From: Lepidodermella squamata
Taxonomy: Eukaryota; Animalia; Gastrotricha
Length of the DNA: 64,000 nucleotides
Assembly (NCBI GenBank): GCA_047495785.1
Contig: JBLDXI010000042.1
Location: 3,534,001-3,598,000, forward strand
Reading direction: 5' to 3'
Part shown: in pieces, positions 1-13,120 of the stretch
Numbering within the stretch: the first letter of the stretch is position 1
Layout of the letters: each line of letters opens with the position of its first letter
The notes under the pieces: generated by a model
What the model was told of the DNA's origin: nothing
Seen by the model: the letters and a program-made list of their open reading frames with translations, nothing else
Databases searched by the model: none
Made by a program: the position numbers and the translations under genes

Positions 1-3000
1 ACAGGGGCCAACGCATCTTTAGACGAATCAATCGATTTTTTCAAACGATTAAGCTTATCGTGAAAATTAGCCGGGTCATCTGCCAAGCTTTGCGGGGTGA
101 GAACCGCAACATTTGACATCAGATCATAATTTTTCTCACCCATATCGCTGATTTCGGCAACGAATGGTTTCACCTGATCGTGGGATAATATTTCATCCAC
201 CCTATTCTTTAGCTCAGTTGCCAATGATGAATCATCTCTCATAGAAATGAGCCGGAATAGAAAGGTTTGCCACCACTGCCGGCATCGCGAATTCATTACT
301 TGACTCAACGGCGTTCGGCTTTTTTGATTGAGCATCAAATTCAGGCTTGTAAATAAGGACATTCGCTTTGTCGTTGCAACGTTGTCCAAAAATTTGGTAA
401 AAAAGTTGATGGTTAACACCTCTTCGTCGACCAACGTCCAAGCAAGCCTGTTAAAATTTCGCATCAAACACAATTTTAAACTAATTTTTATTAAAATAAC
501 AACCTGCAAACTTGGGTGGATTTCAGCTGATATGAAGCCATGGTTTGACGTAAGGTATCACTCAGAACAAGTTTTTCACTCGGCTAGATTCTAAACCAAT
601 AAACCTTTTCAACATGAAAATTAAAAACAAACCAATACGCTTTCGTCGATTTCACGCTGCAAATTTGTGACAGTTTTATCATGATTTTCATGAAAATCAC
701 GACCAACAAGGATGAGTAAATGTTCCTCGATCAAATCTGCAATGTTCTCGCAACAGCGAAAAGTGATCGCACTCATTTTCGCGAATTCCTTAGCAACTTT
801 TGGGTAAATTTGATAGCCGGGCTGCGAAGACGAAAAAGCCTTGGAATAAAGCAAAAAATCTAATTTTAGCTCGGAAAATCAAGCCACATACCTTTGTAAC
901 GTAAACTTCAATCAGCGTGCGAATGAGTTCTATCGGCAGATTAGAAAGGCGATGGTAAAATTCTGGCTTCTTGCCTCCCGCTATAAGCTTCACCGCGAGA
1001 CCAGTAATACGAGTAACTGTGTATTCCATTTCCGGAACTAAATTTACAGTGTGCAAAGAAGCAACAAAAATTTACGAAAATATTACCATCCTCGTCTGAT
1101 TTCTTGAAGCCACCCTTCTGGATAACAAAATGTGGATCATCCAAGGATAACATAAGCCTCTCATGAAATTACTTCAGACATCATTTTGATAAAATGTTCG
1201 ATTTCGACCGATAGACTAGCAGGAGGCAGTGGCTGCTTCCGTGTAAGGCTTGCTCGAAAATTTTCAAACGCTTCTTGCCAAAATTTAGCATCCAATTCAT
1301 CAAGTTTATACTCGCCTTGATCGACTAAATGAGCCACATTCTTGATAATGTGATAAATGAAAGCAATTTTCCACGGTTCATTTTGATTAATAGACATGCA
1401 GTTTTTGAAGTTTCGATAGAAGAGCACGCCCAGTTTACACAAGTGATTTTTAAATGGCAACGAATCAACAAATGCGAGGACGTGGGATTCCGAGAATGAT
1501 TGCCGCTGGAACATGACCGATTTCACGTATTCGAAAAACATGACCTCTCGGTTACTTCCGTCTTCCCGATTTATGAAAAAAGACTCCTTTAACAAGAAGC
1601 GTTCATGTTAAAATCTGTATCACTAATAGAAAAGATCACCAACGTTGTTAATAGAAAGTAGCCATTTGTCCAGGGCTACTTTCAAATCTTGGGATGGCGT
1701 GTGCTCCATCTGTAAATGAAATGCAAACAAATATTCAGCTGCCCAGATAAGACATTACTTTTTGTAAAATAGGGGCGACGCAAGCTTCAGCTTCTTTGAA
1801 ATTGCGTATTTCATCGAAAACCGATTTCACAGCTTCAGCGAATCGCGGCAAGTCACTTGGATTCTCTTCCAGCTCCCTCAATAATCTTTCGATAGTTCCG
1901 CGAGATTTTTTTTGTTCAACAGGTTTTTCAATGAGAAAAAATGGGGCACACAGTTTGTCCTAAAGAATTATATTCAATAGATATAATTGCTACTTGATGC
2001 TAAATGAGAAAAAACCTTGCGCAATTTCCCGAGCAATCTCGCTACTATGACGGATCTACGCGACTTCGCGAAAAATGAGTACGTTAGCTGGATTGCGCTT
2101 CGAACCAAATTGATTTGGCTGTCAGATAACGGCGAAGACTGTTTCTTCATTATATCGATAAATGCGGCCGAAAAATGCAACAACTTTTGCCTTTCTAAGA
2201 ACTTGCTATTGTTTTCTTCCAACAAATTCGATATTAGCTTCTCGTAAATATTGTATTGAAAGAAATTTCGTTCGTGAAAAAGAGATACCAGACTATAAAT
2301 CATTTTACAACATACGGCAAATCCAAAGTTAAAGTTGTGACTCACGACAGTCTCGACACGTATCCATCCCCACGAACAAACCACGCTTCTAGAAGGCTAT
2401 TCAAATCTTGAGCCCACTGACGCTGCTTCACAAGTGCGACAAATGTAAAGAACTCAAGATCTGTAATCCAACGATTGCTGCGCATCTGCAAGTTAGGAAT
2501 AGGTAAATACATCAGATTATAATGCATCTTAAAAGTTAAACCGAATCAAAAGCTCCAATAATATAGCTGTCAATTTGCTCGATCGAAGAGTTCTGACTCA
2601 AATTTTCTTCCAGTTTTATCAAAACCGAATTCGCTCTTTCACTTAAAGCCGTTTTGCCATTATTGTTTGATGCTCCAAGTTTGCACCAATCCGCTATCTG
2701 TTGAAGTATAATGCAAGACATATTTTCAGCAAAATCTTCTCCATACTTTTGAGATTTTGTTGAGGAAGATTTTTATTTCTTTTCTCAAAGACTGATCGGC
2801 TAGATCTTTCCGTTTCGCCGTCAGAATCTCGCATAATTCGAACCAACATGAGTCATCTTTTTCACTATGCTGCCAAGCCGGGTAAAAGTAGAGCTGACTA
2901 ACAAGTCTCAAAAGTATGTAAATCGACTCCACATTCTGCTTCTCAGGGTCAATTGCTGAGTAGAAAACCGCTGAGTCGATCAATAATCGGCGGAAGAACT

Positions 3001-4457
3001 TTTCGGCTATTTCTAATCGGCGATTGAAAGTTTCAAGATCCGATTTGTAAATCGGTTTCGAATCCCAAAAATTCTTGATACATTCAGCTACAGACAGAAA
3101 GCCGCCATACTCAGTGGGAACAGAGACCTGTTAATCATGGAAGGTCACTCCTAATTTTAACATGCGATGATCATCCAATCTACCTCGCGAATTTTCGACA
3201 AAATCTCCACGGCATTATTCCATTCAGCAAGATCCATGCATCCTACCTGAAAGGATAAGAATTAAGAAAGATTCATTTTCAAGACTTCGAAGTACTATTT
3301 TCAAGCATTTCTTGACGTCAGATGCCAAATCTTCGCTAATCATGGCTGAATTTTTTATTGATTTGAGGTTAAGATTAGCAGGACTTTCAGAGCAGACACT
3401 TTCGAAAGCTGCCACCCATGTTGGTTTCGCTGAAATATAGAAAAACTTTACGTTTTTCATCAATTTCTATTATCGGTAATCTTACCGAAGATGTGAGTTT
3501 GACGAAATCGCCAGTCGCCTTTTGTCTACAAAATTTATCATGGGTATACAAAATTCATTTAAGCATGCATACCTGCCTCAAGTCGCTAAGAAATTTTGTC
3601 AACTTAGCGTCAGACCAGTTTTTGATCATGCTGCGATGGGTCGCCTCCCAATAAACGGCTTCCTCCATCGGCATAATAGGAGCTTCGGGACGACTCAAAA
3701 CAAAATCGAGATTACAGATAACTTCTTTCACACATTGCCCGAGGATGGAACCGCTTTTCGAAGAATTAAATCCATCGAGTAGCCTGCGATATATCTTGTA
3801 ATTTAAAATTTCCTCCAGAACCATGGTTGCGACAAAGCTGGAAAATATAACCACAATTTTACGAAATTGTATTTAAAAATTCAATTTACCTAAAGCCATT
3901 TTCTAAATCTGACACTGAACGACCTCCGATAATTAATAGGTCCATGCAGACAACTTCCATCGAGTTGACAAATGATTCTTTCATTCCTTTTCCGTGGACC
4001 TGACAAATAGCCGTAGTACACTTGAATTATCAATTAACTAGGGAAAATGTTTACCTTTTTCATGCTTTTCAGCAACGGTATGAAGCTAGGAACCTTCGAA
4101 TTATCTGTTAGACCAGCCTGAAAACCAACCCAAGTATTACAAATTAATCAGACAGGGGAAAAACTCACTCTTCTAACGAGAACAGATAATATTTGCGTGA
4201 AATCAGGGTCGCTAAGGCCGCATACTAACTCAGTGAGCTTCAAGCTTGCGTCTGTTGGATCTAGAGATCCCGCCTCGAATTCGTCGAGAATGAGCATTAC
4301 CTCTATTGCCGTTTCAAGGGATCTGACGACTTTTATTTCAGATTTCGGAGGTTCCAAGGCCGATAACCGGAACTAAATTAATACAAAATTGAAAAAATGG
4401 ATTATATAATAGCAGTGGCATCACCTTTGCACTGTTTCTCGCCAAAATCGAACTCAT
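1..4457 (-). CDS. Uncharacterised large multi-exon, predicted helical protein, tandem paralog 1 (3' end runs off the window)
   Basis: ATG at 4457 gives MSSILARNSAK then a GT donor. ORF-track exons (4148-4357, 3555-3854, 2726-2983, 1974-2384, 1161-1595 etc.) align in order with the neighbouring paralog, e.g. SQLYFYPAWQHS vs RQLYFYPMWQHS and VAVLTPQSLADD vs VAALTPQNLDSD. Confidence 0.8.
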
Positions 4458-4558
4458 CGCAAATCAAAAATAAATCCTATTAAGCCGGAAAATTTATAGT
4501 AAAAAAGCCACTATTTTAGACTGAGCTACGGCCTACGGCGAAAATTTCGAAATATCCG

Positions 4559-7500
4559 TCAATTGACGCGTTTGCGAGGAGAGCTGTCATCTTCAGCATC
4601 GTGAGAAATTTCACGCTTCAGACTCCGCCGGTTATTCAAAGATATATCCGGCTTCGTTTCACAATGGCATGGGGCTAAATTTCGGGTCGAAATTTCAGAG
4701 CGATTAGCAGCAAACAATTCAACCTTATCAATTAGAGATACCACAAGATCACGAGAAGATGAATTCTCCGGTAAATTAACCAAGGCCTTCAGTCGCACTA
4801 GATTAGAGTAAAAAGTAGCCGTATCACTGTCCAAATTTTGAGGCGTGAGCGCAGCTACTATCTGCGACGATTCATCGCCACACGGCCCGACACTGGTTAT
4901 CGGCGTGTAGTAGTTTTTGACAGCATCAAGATTCAAAACTTTCCAACAAACATCAGCCAAACCTTTGCAGCAATCAGGACTATTGGCGAATTCATTCAAC
5001 CGCCTGAAATAAGACGTCAACCAAGGCCGATCGTGAGATTCAAGTCGACGAATGATTTCAGAACTGTGATTTTCCAAAAGTTGACGTAGTCCTCGCATTG
5101 ACAATAGGCTTTTCAATTCCAAGAGGTCATCAAGAAATGATGTGAAGAAATCGAGTGGAAAAAACTCAGCAGCGACCCAGGTCCACGCTAACCTGCATAT
5201 AAATCGTCGGAAACTTACAGAAAAGCTGCTAGTAAGAGGGAAACGTCTTACCGCGCAACCTTAATTGATTTTTTCTTGTAACTGACATTCAATTCCTCAA
5301 CGTTTTCAGAATCTTCAGATTGGTCATTAGGCTGAGAACCATTTTTAAATTCAGAATTGAAGACCAAATTATTATGGAATCACTTACCGAGCTTTGAAAA
5401 TTCTGAATTTTCAACGCATGATTATTGTGGAAATCAGGTGTCACAAAAAATTTAAATTGCTCCATGAAAATTGTAAGTATGCTTCCACAGCAAGAATATC
5501 GATAATTTCGGATTATGCTGAGGTCTATGGCCGCTTTAGCAAAACAAGCATCTTCATCGGACAGGAGAACCTAATTTGAAAAAATTGGAAATTTCTTGGA
5601 AATTTCGTAATTGGACAGGAACCTTCTCAATGTAAAAGCCAACGAAAGCTTTAATATTCTCGATTGGCTGTTCGGCAATTCGATCAAAATTTTTGGGTAA
5701 CTTGTTTAATGTAAACAATCGATTCGCATGACGGTCCATATCACATATCGACAATGGCGCTATAAGAATAAAATGATTACAAATTCGAATGCCCGACAAA
5801 GGCTATAAATCTTACCTAGAGGAAACGGGTTGTTCTGAAAAATATTGCAAATTTACGGAGGGAAAAAGCAAAATTTAGTGAAATAACCTTGGCTAGAGAT
5901 TCGAAAAATTCGCCAACTTCTGACACCAACGATCGATAGAAGAAAGTTGCATTTCTCTTCAAAGCCGATTGCAGTTTTTCTATATGTTTTCGCCAATATT
6001 TAGCGTCAAGAGGTCGAATTTTATAGGTTCCATCTCGCACTAGCTCCACAACACGTTTCAAGACTCCATAGATGTATGCGGTTTTCGACTTTCCATCAGG
6101 CTTAACTCGTTTAACATAGCCTTTGAAAACTATCGGATTCAATATTCCCAGACGGCATAATCGACTCTTCAAATCCAATTTATCAACGAAATCGGTGACT
6201 AAACTATCCGAGAATGCAGCTGGTACGTGACCAGCCCAGCATTCGACAAAATGGCGGAAATTCTTCTTTTCTTCACGGCCTGTTTTTGTCTTCAGCGTAA
6301 CTGATAGCTAAAAATTCATCAGGCAACAATCAGTCTCGTCGAAAATGAAATGAGTATATTTAATTTAAACCTTGCGCATAGACGATAAAAGCTTATTAAA
6401 TGTCTCGGTAGCATCGTGTTTTGAAAAACTCGAAATCTACACATTCAAATATACAAAAATATTAATCAAATTCTAATACATTATCATGCATAACTCACTT
6501 TATTCAGCATTTTCTTGACGAAATCAGCAGCCTCCACCTCGTCGCTTATGCTAGAAAAAGCCTTTTTAACAAGCTCGCTCTTGCTGGGATCCTCTTCAAT
6601 CTCATCAAGCAGATGACCAACTTCGTCAACTGATGTTTCGAAAGGCTTTTTGTCGCCATTTCCATCAGCTTGCAAATACTTCGATAAAAATTCGTCCTTA
6701 AAGAAGAGTTTTTAATATACCTATATTTCGATGGTAATTAGAGTTACCTGTTGCAGCTTTTTCAAACAAGTCGACATTTTAGGGGAAGGCTTTCTCCCTT
6801 TGTAATAAGCCTGAATTTTATCTATCGTGCTTTGAACCAAGGCTCGGAGTTGATCAGGCATAGGACTGCTTTCGTTGGCGGCTAGCAATTCAATCACAAT
6901 ATTGAGTGCTCGCAGATACATCCCGGGTTCATCCTTCTTCGGTCTTGCCAGTGTGCTCCTCAGAAGTTTTTCGTAAATATTCGCGCCGAAAATATTGTTT
7001 CTATGCATCTCAGCAACCAGCCTGCGAAAAGTAATTCCTATGAATCAAGGCGATTAAGTTACCATTTACAATCAATTACGGGAAAATTTTGTGAAGAGTA
7101 GGGTCGCTGCAAAGATACTTCTCGAGCAGAGCCCCCAAGTTTCCAGCGAAAGGTAACTTTTTCAGATCCAGAAGAAATGAACAGGCCATATCAGGACTAA
7201 TTGATCGGTTATGGCGTAACTGTTTCGGAAATTCGAAGGTTCCAAATTGTCGGAAAACTTATAATAAACCAACCACTCTGACGACGTCCAAAAGTATGAG
7301 ATCGAATGTTTTAGAAGTTGAGCACAGATTGACCACTTCCCTCAATTCTTCAATCGAAGGGTTCTGAGTATTGCGCTTCAAACTTTTCAAAGCTTCTCGA
7401 GGATTCATTCGATTCGATTTATTTGTACCCTTTAGTTGAGGTGTTGCTGCCGATTCAGAATCGGTATGAGGTTCCGCAGTTTTTTTGCTGCTTGTACCCA

Positions 7501-9306
7501 AATTACACCATTTAACCATTTGTGGCTAAAATATCAATTCAGTTAGAGAAATCGAGGCTGAGATGAAATTTCATACTGATTTCAGTTCTTCCAGAAAAAA
7601 AGATATCGCCCTTATAAGCCTTTTTTCTTCAACGTTGTTGAGACTATTCGTCAGATTAACCACCAAATTCCGCCAAAATTCATCATCTCGTTGGCTGTGC
7701 TGCCACATTGGATAGAAATAGAGTTGACGGACGACCTTAAGAACTGAGAATACGGATGAGATATCTTGAGGATCCACTGCCGAGTAAAAAATCGTCGATG
7801 GAACTAATGACTGGCGAAATAATTCATCTGACATGTCCAGTCTCGCGTCAAGTTTAGTCTCATCTTTACTATAAATCGGTTTGTCATCCCAAACTTTCTG
7901 AATAAAATCCCCAAACGGTTTCAAATCACCGCAATCAGTAAGAACAGAGACCTGTTGAATTAAACCGAGATGAATCAGCTAAGTTAATTGTAAAAATTAC
8001 ATCTCTGAGCCCAGCCAACTCAGTCACAGCTAGATTTCTTTCTGCCGCGTTCAAATTTTCCATCTTTTAAAAAGCAAGTAAATTAATCGCAAGCAAAAAA
8101 TCGCAATTACGAACCATATTCATGCATTCTTCGACATCGGCCTTCAAGGTATCACTCGCCATCACTGCATTTTTCATCATCTCACGGTTTCCATCTTTTT
8201 CAATCTGGCAGCAAATTGCTTTCAAAATAGTAATCCAACTGTTTTTCGCTGAAATTCAAATTCTCAACTGTTAAGCCAGGAGGTATTTATATTCCCTTAC
8301 GTAAAATACTCTTCTGACGAAAGCGCCAGTCACCTTTTTCCTTGAGGTAAAAAATATATTTGTTTTATAACGGCAAAGAAATTTCACTCACCTCTCTCAG
8401 ATCTGATAAAAACTGCTTTAAATTCGCATCAGACTGGCCAAACAACAAATTTCGGTGTGTTAGTTCCCAGAAAACGGCTAATTTCATAGGCATACTCGGG
8501 GCATTCTTCTGACTGAGGGTTTTGTCAAGTTCCATGAATACATCTTTCACGCATTGACTCAGAACAGGGCCTTGTTTCGAAGCAAGAAAACATTCCAGCA
8601 TTTCTTTGTACGTCTCATATCCAATAATTTCATCGTGAATCATTTCAGATACAAAACTAGACAGTTCATTCAGCCATAATGAAATTTGCGCCTGAATCAT
8701 GAGAACTTACAAAAAGCCCTTCTCGAGATCATAAACTGAGTTGCCTCCATTTACCAAAAAGTCGACACAGACCGCTTTCATCGATTCCGCAAATGATAGA
8801 TTTCCATTCTTCCTGGTAAACTAGATTAGAAAACTCAATCAGTTTAACCGCCTCATGTTAATCGCAGCATACGTCTTTCATCAGCTTCAACACAGGTAAA
8901 TAATTTTCAATCTTCGACGAGTCATTCAGACCAGCCTGTAAGTTACGACGACCAAATTCTTTGAACTTAACGCGATGCTATCCACAAAAACGAACCCTTC
9001 GGATGATAACAGAAATTGTTTCAGTGAAGGCGGGGCCGTCCGTTTCAGTTAAAATTCTTTCGATTTTTTCAATAGCCCGAAGGCGGTCGAGCTTATTACA
9101 CTCAAATTCATCGAGTGCGATCATCATTTCAACAGCAGACTCGGGATTCGCGACGACTTTAATTTTCGACCTCAGCGGTTCCAATGCTTCAAGTCGGATC
9201 TGAAATAATCAGTAAGATTTATAAAACCGGGCCCAAAGTAAATTAGTTCATTAGTATTTTAATAAAAGCCCACCTTCGCACTATTTCTTGCTAATATCGA
9301 ACTCAT
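4559..9306 (-). CDS. Uncharacterised large multi-exon, predicted helical protein, tandem paralog 2
   Basis: ATG at 9306 gives the identical first exon MSSILARNSAK then GT. Exons are separated by short GT-AG introns. Last exon 4559-~5190 ends DDSSPRKRVN-stop (NLS-like). Confidence 0.8.
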
Positions 9307-9496
9307 TTTCTTCTCTTTTCTTGACTCAGAAAATCAAATAACACAACTGAAAAACAAAATAATACAAATATTAAACAAAAAATCGACGCAAAATTCGATA
9401 TTACACGATTTCTTTATTTTATATTTAAGAAAATCTTGGTATTTTTTGCACCTCGTCACCAGTCAAAACAAATATATGTGATATATATGGGAATGT

Positions 9497-11853
9497 TCAA
9501 GCTTCGAGGTGAACGAATTTCCGCCGCAGCTTCTCTTTCTTCCCGTTAAAATGCTTCTTCCACGGTTTCGTGTCTTCCTTCGACGCAGATTTGCCCGTTC
9601 TAGCACCAACAATATGCGCCTCGCCAAAGAAATCCTTGTCTAAATTCGCCTCATCGCCATCGATGTTTATACCAGTGCGACGTTGGAAAATTCGATTGCC
9701 CAGTTGGCGCCTTGATGTCGATGGATTTTCAACAAAACAACATTTCAGGCCATGCGATAAGAACTTTTGCGGGTCAATGAATTCGGGCGGGGGCGGTGAG
9801 CAATACAGCAGTTTGCCCGATGTGTAGTGCCGGATTACAATACGAGCAGACATCGAGTGGTTCGGGCGACCAGAGGAAGACATGAAACCACGTTGAAACG
9901 CAACTGAGGCCAAAAACTCAATAGCATTGAAAGTCGGCGGTAGGGTGACACCATACATATGTTCAAGAACCGCATGATCAATTCGCTTGTAAATCTGCGC
10001 AAAAAAAACATAAAAATTATCATAAAAATCGAAATAATTTTCATTACCAGTTCAACAGGTTGCACTGGGTCGCGAATTTGATCAATCGGTAGAATGCCGT
10101 TAACAACGAGTTCGGCGTTACTTTTCGCCAGAGTTGGCATGACGAGACCAGGTGAGTCACATAAGATCAATTTATCGGTCAGATGGATAGTTTGAAAATG
10201 CTTAGTCCGGCCAGGTGTGGCGGATACTGCAACTTTCTTTACTCCGAGGAGTGAATTTAACGTTGAACTTTTGCCAACGTTCGGAAAACCGCACTAGATG
10301 AAACATTTCAAAAAATTAAGGAGGATGTTTCTTTTGAATAACTCACCAATCCGACCACAAATTTTTGAGTCTTCAACAACGATCCGCCGTACTTTTCCTC
10401 GCAAAACCGTTCCAGTTCATCAACGAGTTGCTCGCTATCTAAAATGTCCCACGGTGCTTTTTCAGGCGTAATAACGTCTTTCTCCTCGAATTTGTGAGTA
10501 GGAACTTGGTGATCAAGCTCTTCGGTTTCTGAGCTTGAATCGTCGTTCTGCTTCTCGTTTTCGACTTGAGGCTTAGGGGTAGTTGCGGCTACACTTTGCG
10601 GCTTTTCCTCTGCCTCATCGGCCTCTTCAGGTAAATCATCCTGAATGGCGATTGCGTCGAATTTCGATTTTTCGCTGATCAAGCTTGGATCTTTATAAAC
10701 AGCTCGGTCATCACTCACAACAGACGCGACATCCTCTGGCTGTTGGTGATTAACGTTTTCAGACTCGCTTTTCCTCTCCGGAGGTTTCGGCGCATTATTA
10801 TTAGCCTCGGATAGCGCCGAGTAGAACAACACGGCAATATCTTTCGACTTGAAGTAATCGTACCAAATTTTTCTGTAATCACACGCAATTTCATTAAAAT
10901 TCACGCGAACTTCCTGTTTATTTACCTCTGCTCGCGTGAGAGCAAGTCAGCTTTATTAAGCAGGAGAATAGTAGATTTCTTGCCATCATCAAGTTCCTTG
11001 ACATAACGATCCAAATCGTCGCAGCGATACAGCAGCGGATTGCGAGAATCGACGATTTGAACAACAACATGGCTGCGCTCGAGAACTCGCCATAATTGCC
11101 GCCAAACTTCGATATTGCGCTCAAATGGGGTCAAGTTCACGCCAGTGTCAGCTTCAAATCTTAAAAACGAAAATTTCACTTAATTTTTTTAAATTCATCA
11201 GAAAAATATAATAAAATCCAGCTTATTTTTGGGTTATGAAAGCTCATTTATGAAAAATTGTGGGTACTTGTCTCAAATTAAATTCGATCAAATTTAAGAT
11301 TTGAATAGTAAAATTTTGATTTTCGACTGAGATTAAATATTTTATAAATTTACAAGGCAAGTCGGGCAAGCCAATCGTGGAAAGCCAGTTGTTCAGAGGC
11401 TTGAAATTCAGCAGCTGTATCGCAGATACCATCAACCCATCTCGGCCGGCGTGGCACGCAAACCAAATTGTTGATGAAGTACTGTAACTCCTCAGCCGTC
11501 AATACCGGTTTCGTAAAATTTTTGTCAAAATTCGTGCCATCATTATTCAACAGCTGCGCGTGATCCGGGTAAGCAATAAGCAGTTCGGGTGTCATTTTTT
11601 CGGCGTGAAACTCGCGTTGCGCCAAATCGGCAGTCTGCAGCAGTCGACTGACGTCATCCTGCTCAATAATTGACTGCAAACCACTCGATGCTTTGGCTTT
11701 TGGGTCAGCAATTCGAGTAGCTGTGATTTCAACAGCCTCCTGTTGTTCTTGCTTCGAATAATTTCGCTTGTTTTTCGCTTTGTTCTTCACAAGGGCTCGG
11801 CCAAGACCAGCTCCCATGCCCTGTTCAATCTTTTTAGTCTTCCTTTGTGGCAT
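9497..11853 (-). CDS. LSG1: Large subunit GTPase 1 homolog (circularly permuted GTPase), about 5 exons
   Basis: LTPFERNIEVWRQLWRVLERSHVVVQIVDSRNPLLYRC; G4 LLNKADLL; G1 GFPNVGKSSTLN; VSATPGRTKHFQT; G3 LCDSPGLV; C-terminal KPWKKH..KKEKLRR. Confidence 0.95.
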
Positions 11854-12091
11854 CTTCAATAAAATCTATAAATAAGTAATCAAGTCATATATTGTTCTTT
11901 TACTACTCGAAAAATACTAAAAACAACATTGCACAATATCAGCAGGTTTTTCGATAATTTTACAAAAAATATCCACCTTAATCACCAGCATTATGTCATG
12001 GAAGACTTGAGAGAGGAGGGTTCAATCTAAGGTTTCTACAAAAATAGACAGGTTCTGTACTAAAGTCCGATTTGGCGATCGTTGTATGCTT

Positions 12092-12643
12092 TCACGAAAA
12101 CTCGGCAGTTCCTTCGCGGACTTTCTTGAACATCTCGTGCAGCATTTGGCCACATAAAGCAGCGTACGGGTTCATTTTAACCAGCTCCGCCTTGGCAAAT
12201 GGATTTCCCAATTTAGCAGCATCTCGAAAATCGGCCTCAGCCTCGCATTCGTGGCCCAATAAACGGTGGATAATAGCCCGCTGCGTGTAAGCAAGCGAGG
12301 CAACTCGGCCTTGTCCTTCGCATAAAATCAAGGCTTGATTCAAATCAGCCATAGCTTCGTCGGTTTTGCCAACTAATTGATAAGCTTGAGCTCGATTATT
12401 GTAAGGACTCGCCCATTTCGGGGCGATTTCAATCGCTTGAGTAAATTTAGCAATAGCTAACTCAACATTTCCACTTTGAGCCGACCGAACTCCTTCGATT
12501 TCAAGAATCCTCGCCTGTTTAATCTCATCGGTCTCAACCGCATCCTCTCGGGCAATTTCTTTCGTCAGGGAGGCAGCAGGAAGTTCTGGGTTGAAAATCT
12601 GCTCCAGAACTTGGCTGTCAGATTCGGTCAAATTTTGAGCCAT
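12092..12643 (-). CDS. TTC36: Tetratricopeptide repeat protein 36
   Basis: Single ORF with TPRs (ASPYNNRAQAYQL) and the family C-terminus AAKLGNPFAKAELVKMNPYAALCGQML. Confidence 0.92.
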   Translation of the reverse strand: MAQNLTESDSQVLEQIFNPELPAASLTKEIAREDAVETDEIKQARILEIEGVRSAQSGNVELAIAKFTQAIEIAPKWASPYNNRAQAYQLVGKTDEAMADLNQALILCEGQGRVASLAYTQRAIIHRLLGHECEAEADFRDAAKLGNPFAKAELVKMNPYAALCGQMLHEMFKKVREGTAEFS

Positions 12644-13120
12644 TATAAATTAGTCTAAAATAAAAGCAAGAACCGAATTAATCAAATTTCCAATTTTTTA
12701 TATGTCAAAAGCTTTTCTCAAAGCGTTTCAGACCATTCTAGGTAAAGAAAAGTTTTGCGCAACAAGATTTGCCATTTTTTTCTCGTCATATAATAATCAT
12801 TATAATAATAATAATGCTGATATCTACAAGTTAGTTTTTCACTATACACGAAGAGGGAACGATAGCAAGGGAAGGAAAGAATAGTTTGTTGATCGCATAG
12901 ATTCTCATTCGAATATTGTTGCGTTTTGCCCCAGCAGCGCGAAACAATGAAACAAAACATGCGTCGAATAGAAGTTTGTTACATTTATAACTTATTCTCA
13001 AATTCGAGTTTACAATTTTTTTACGAAAAATAAATGACCGTGTTTATTCGGGTATTTACAGAGTGAAGACTTGTCGGTGGATTAGCGAGGGTTGTGAGTA
13101 AAAATTCTTCTACGATCAAC

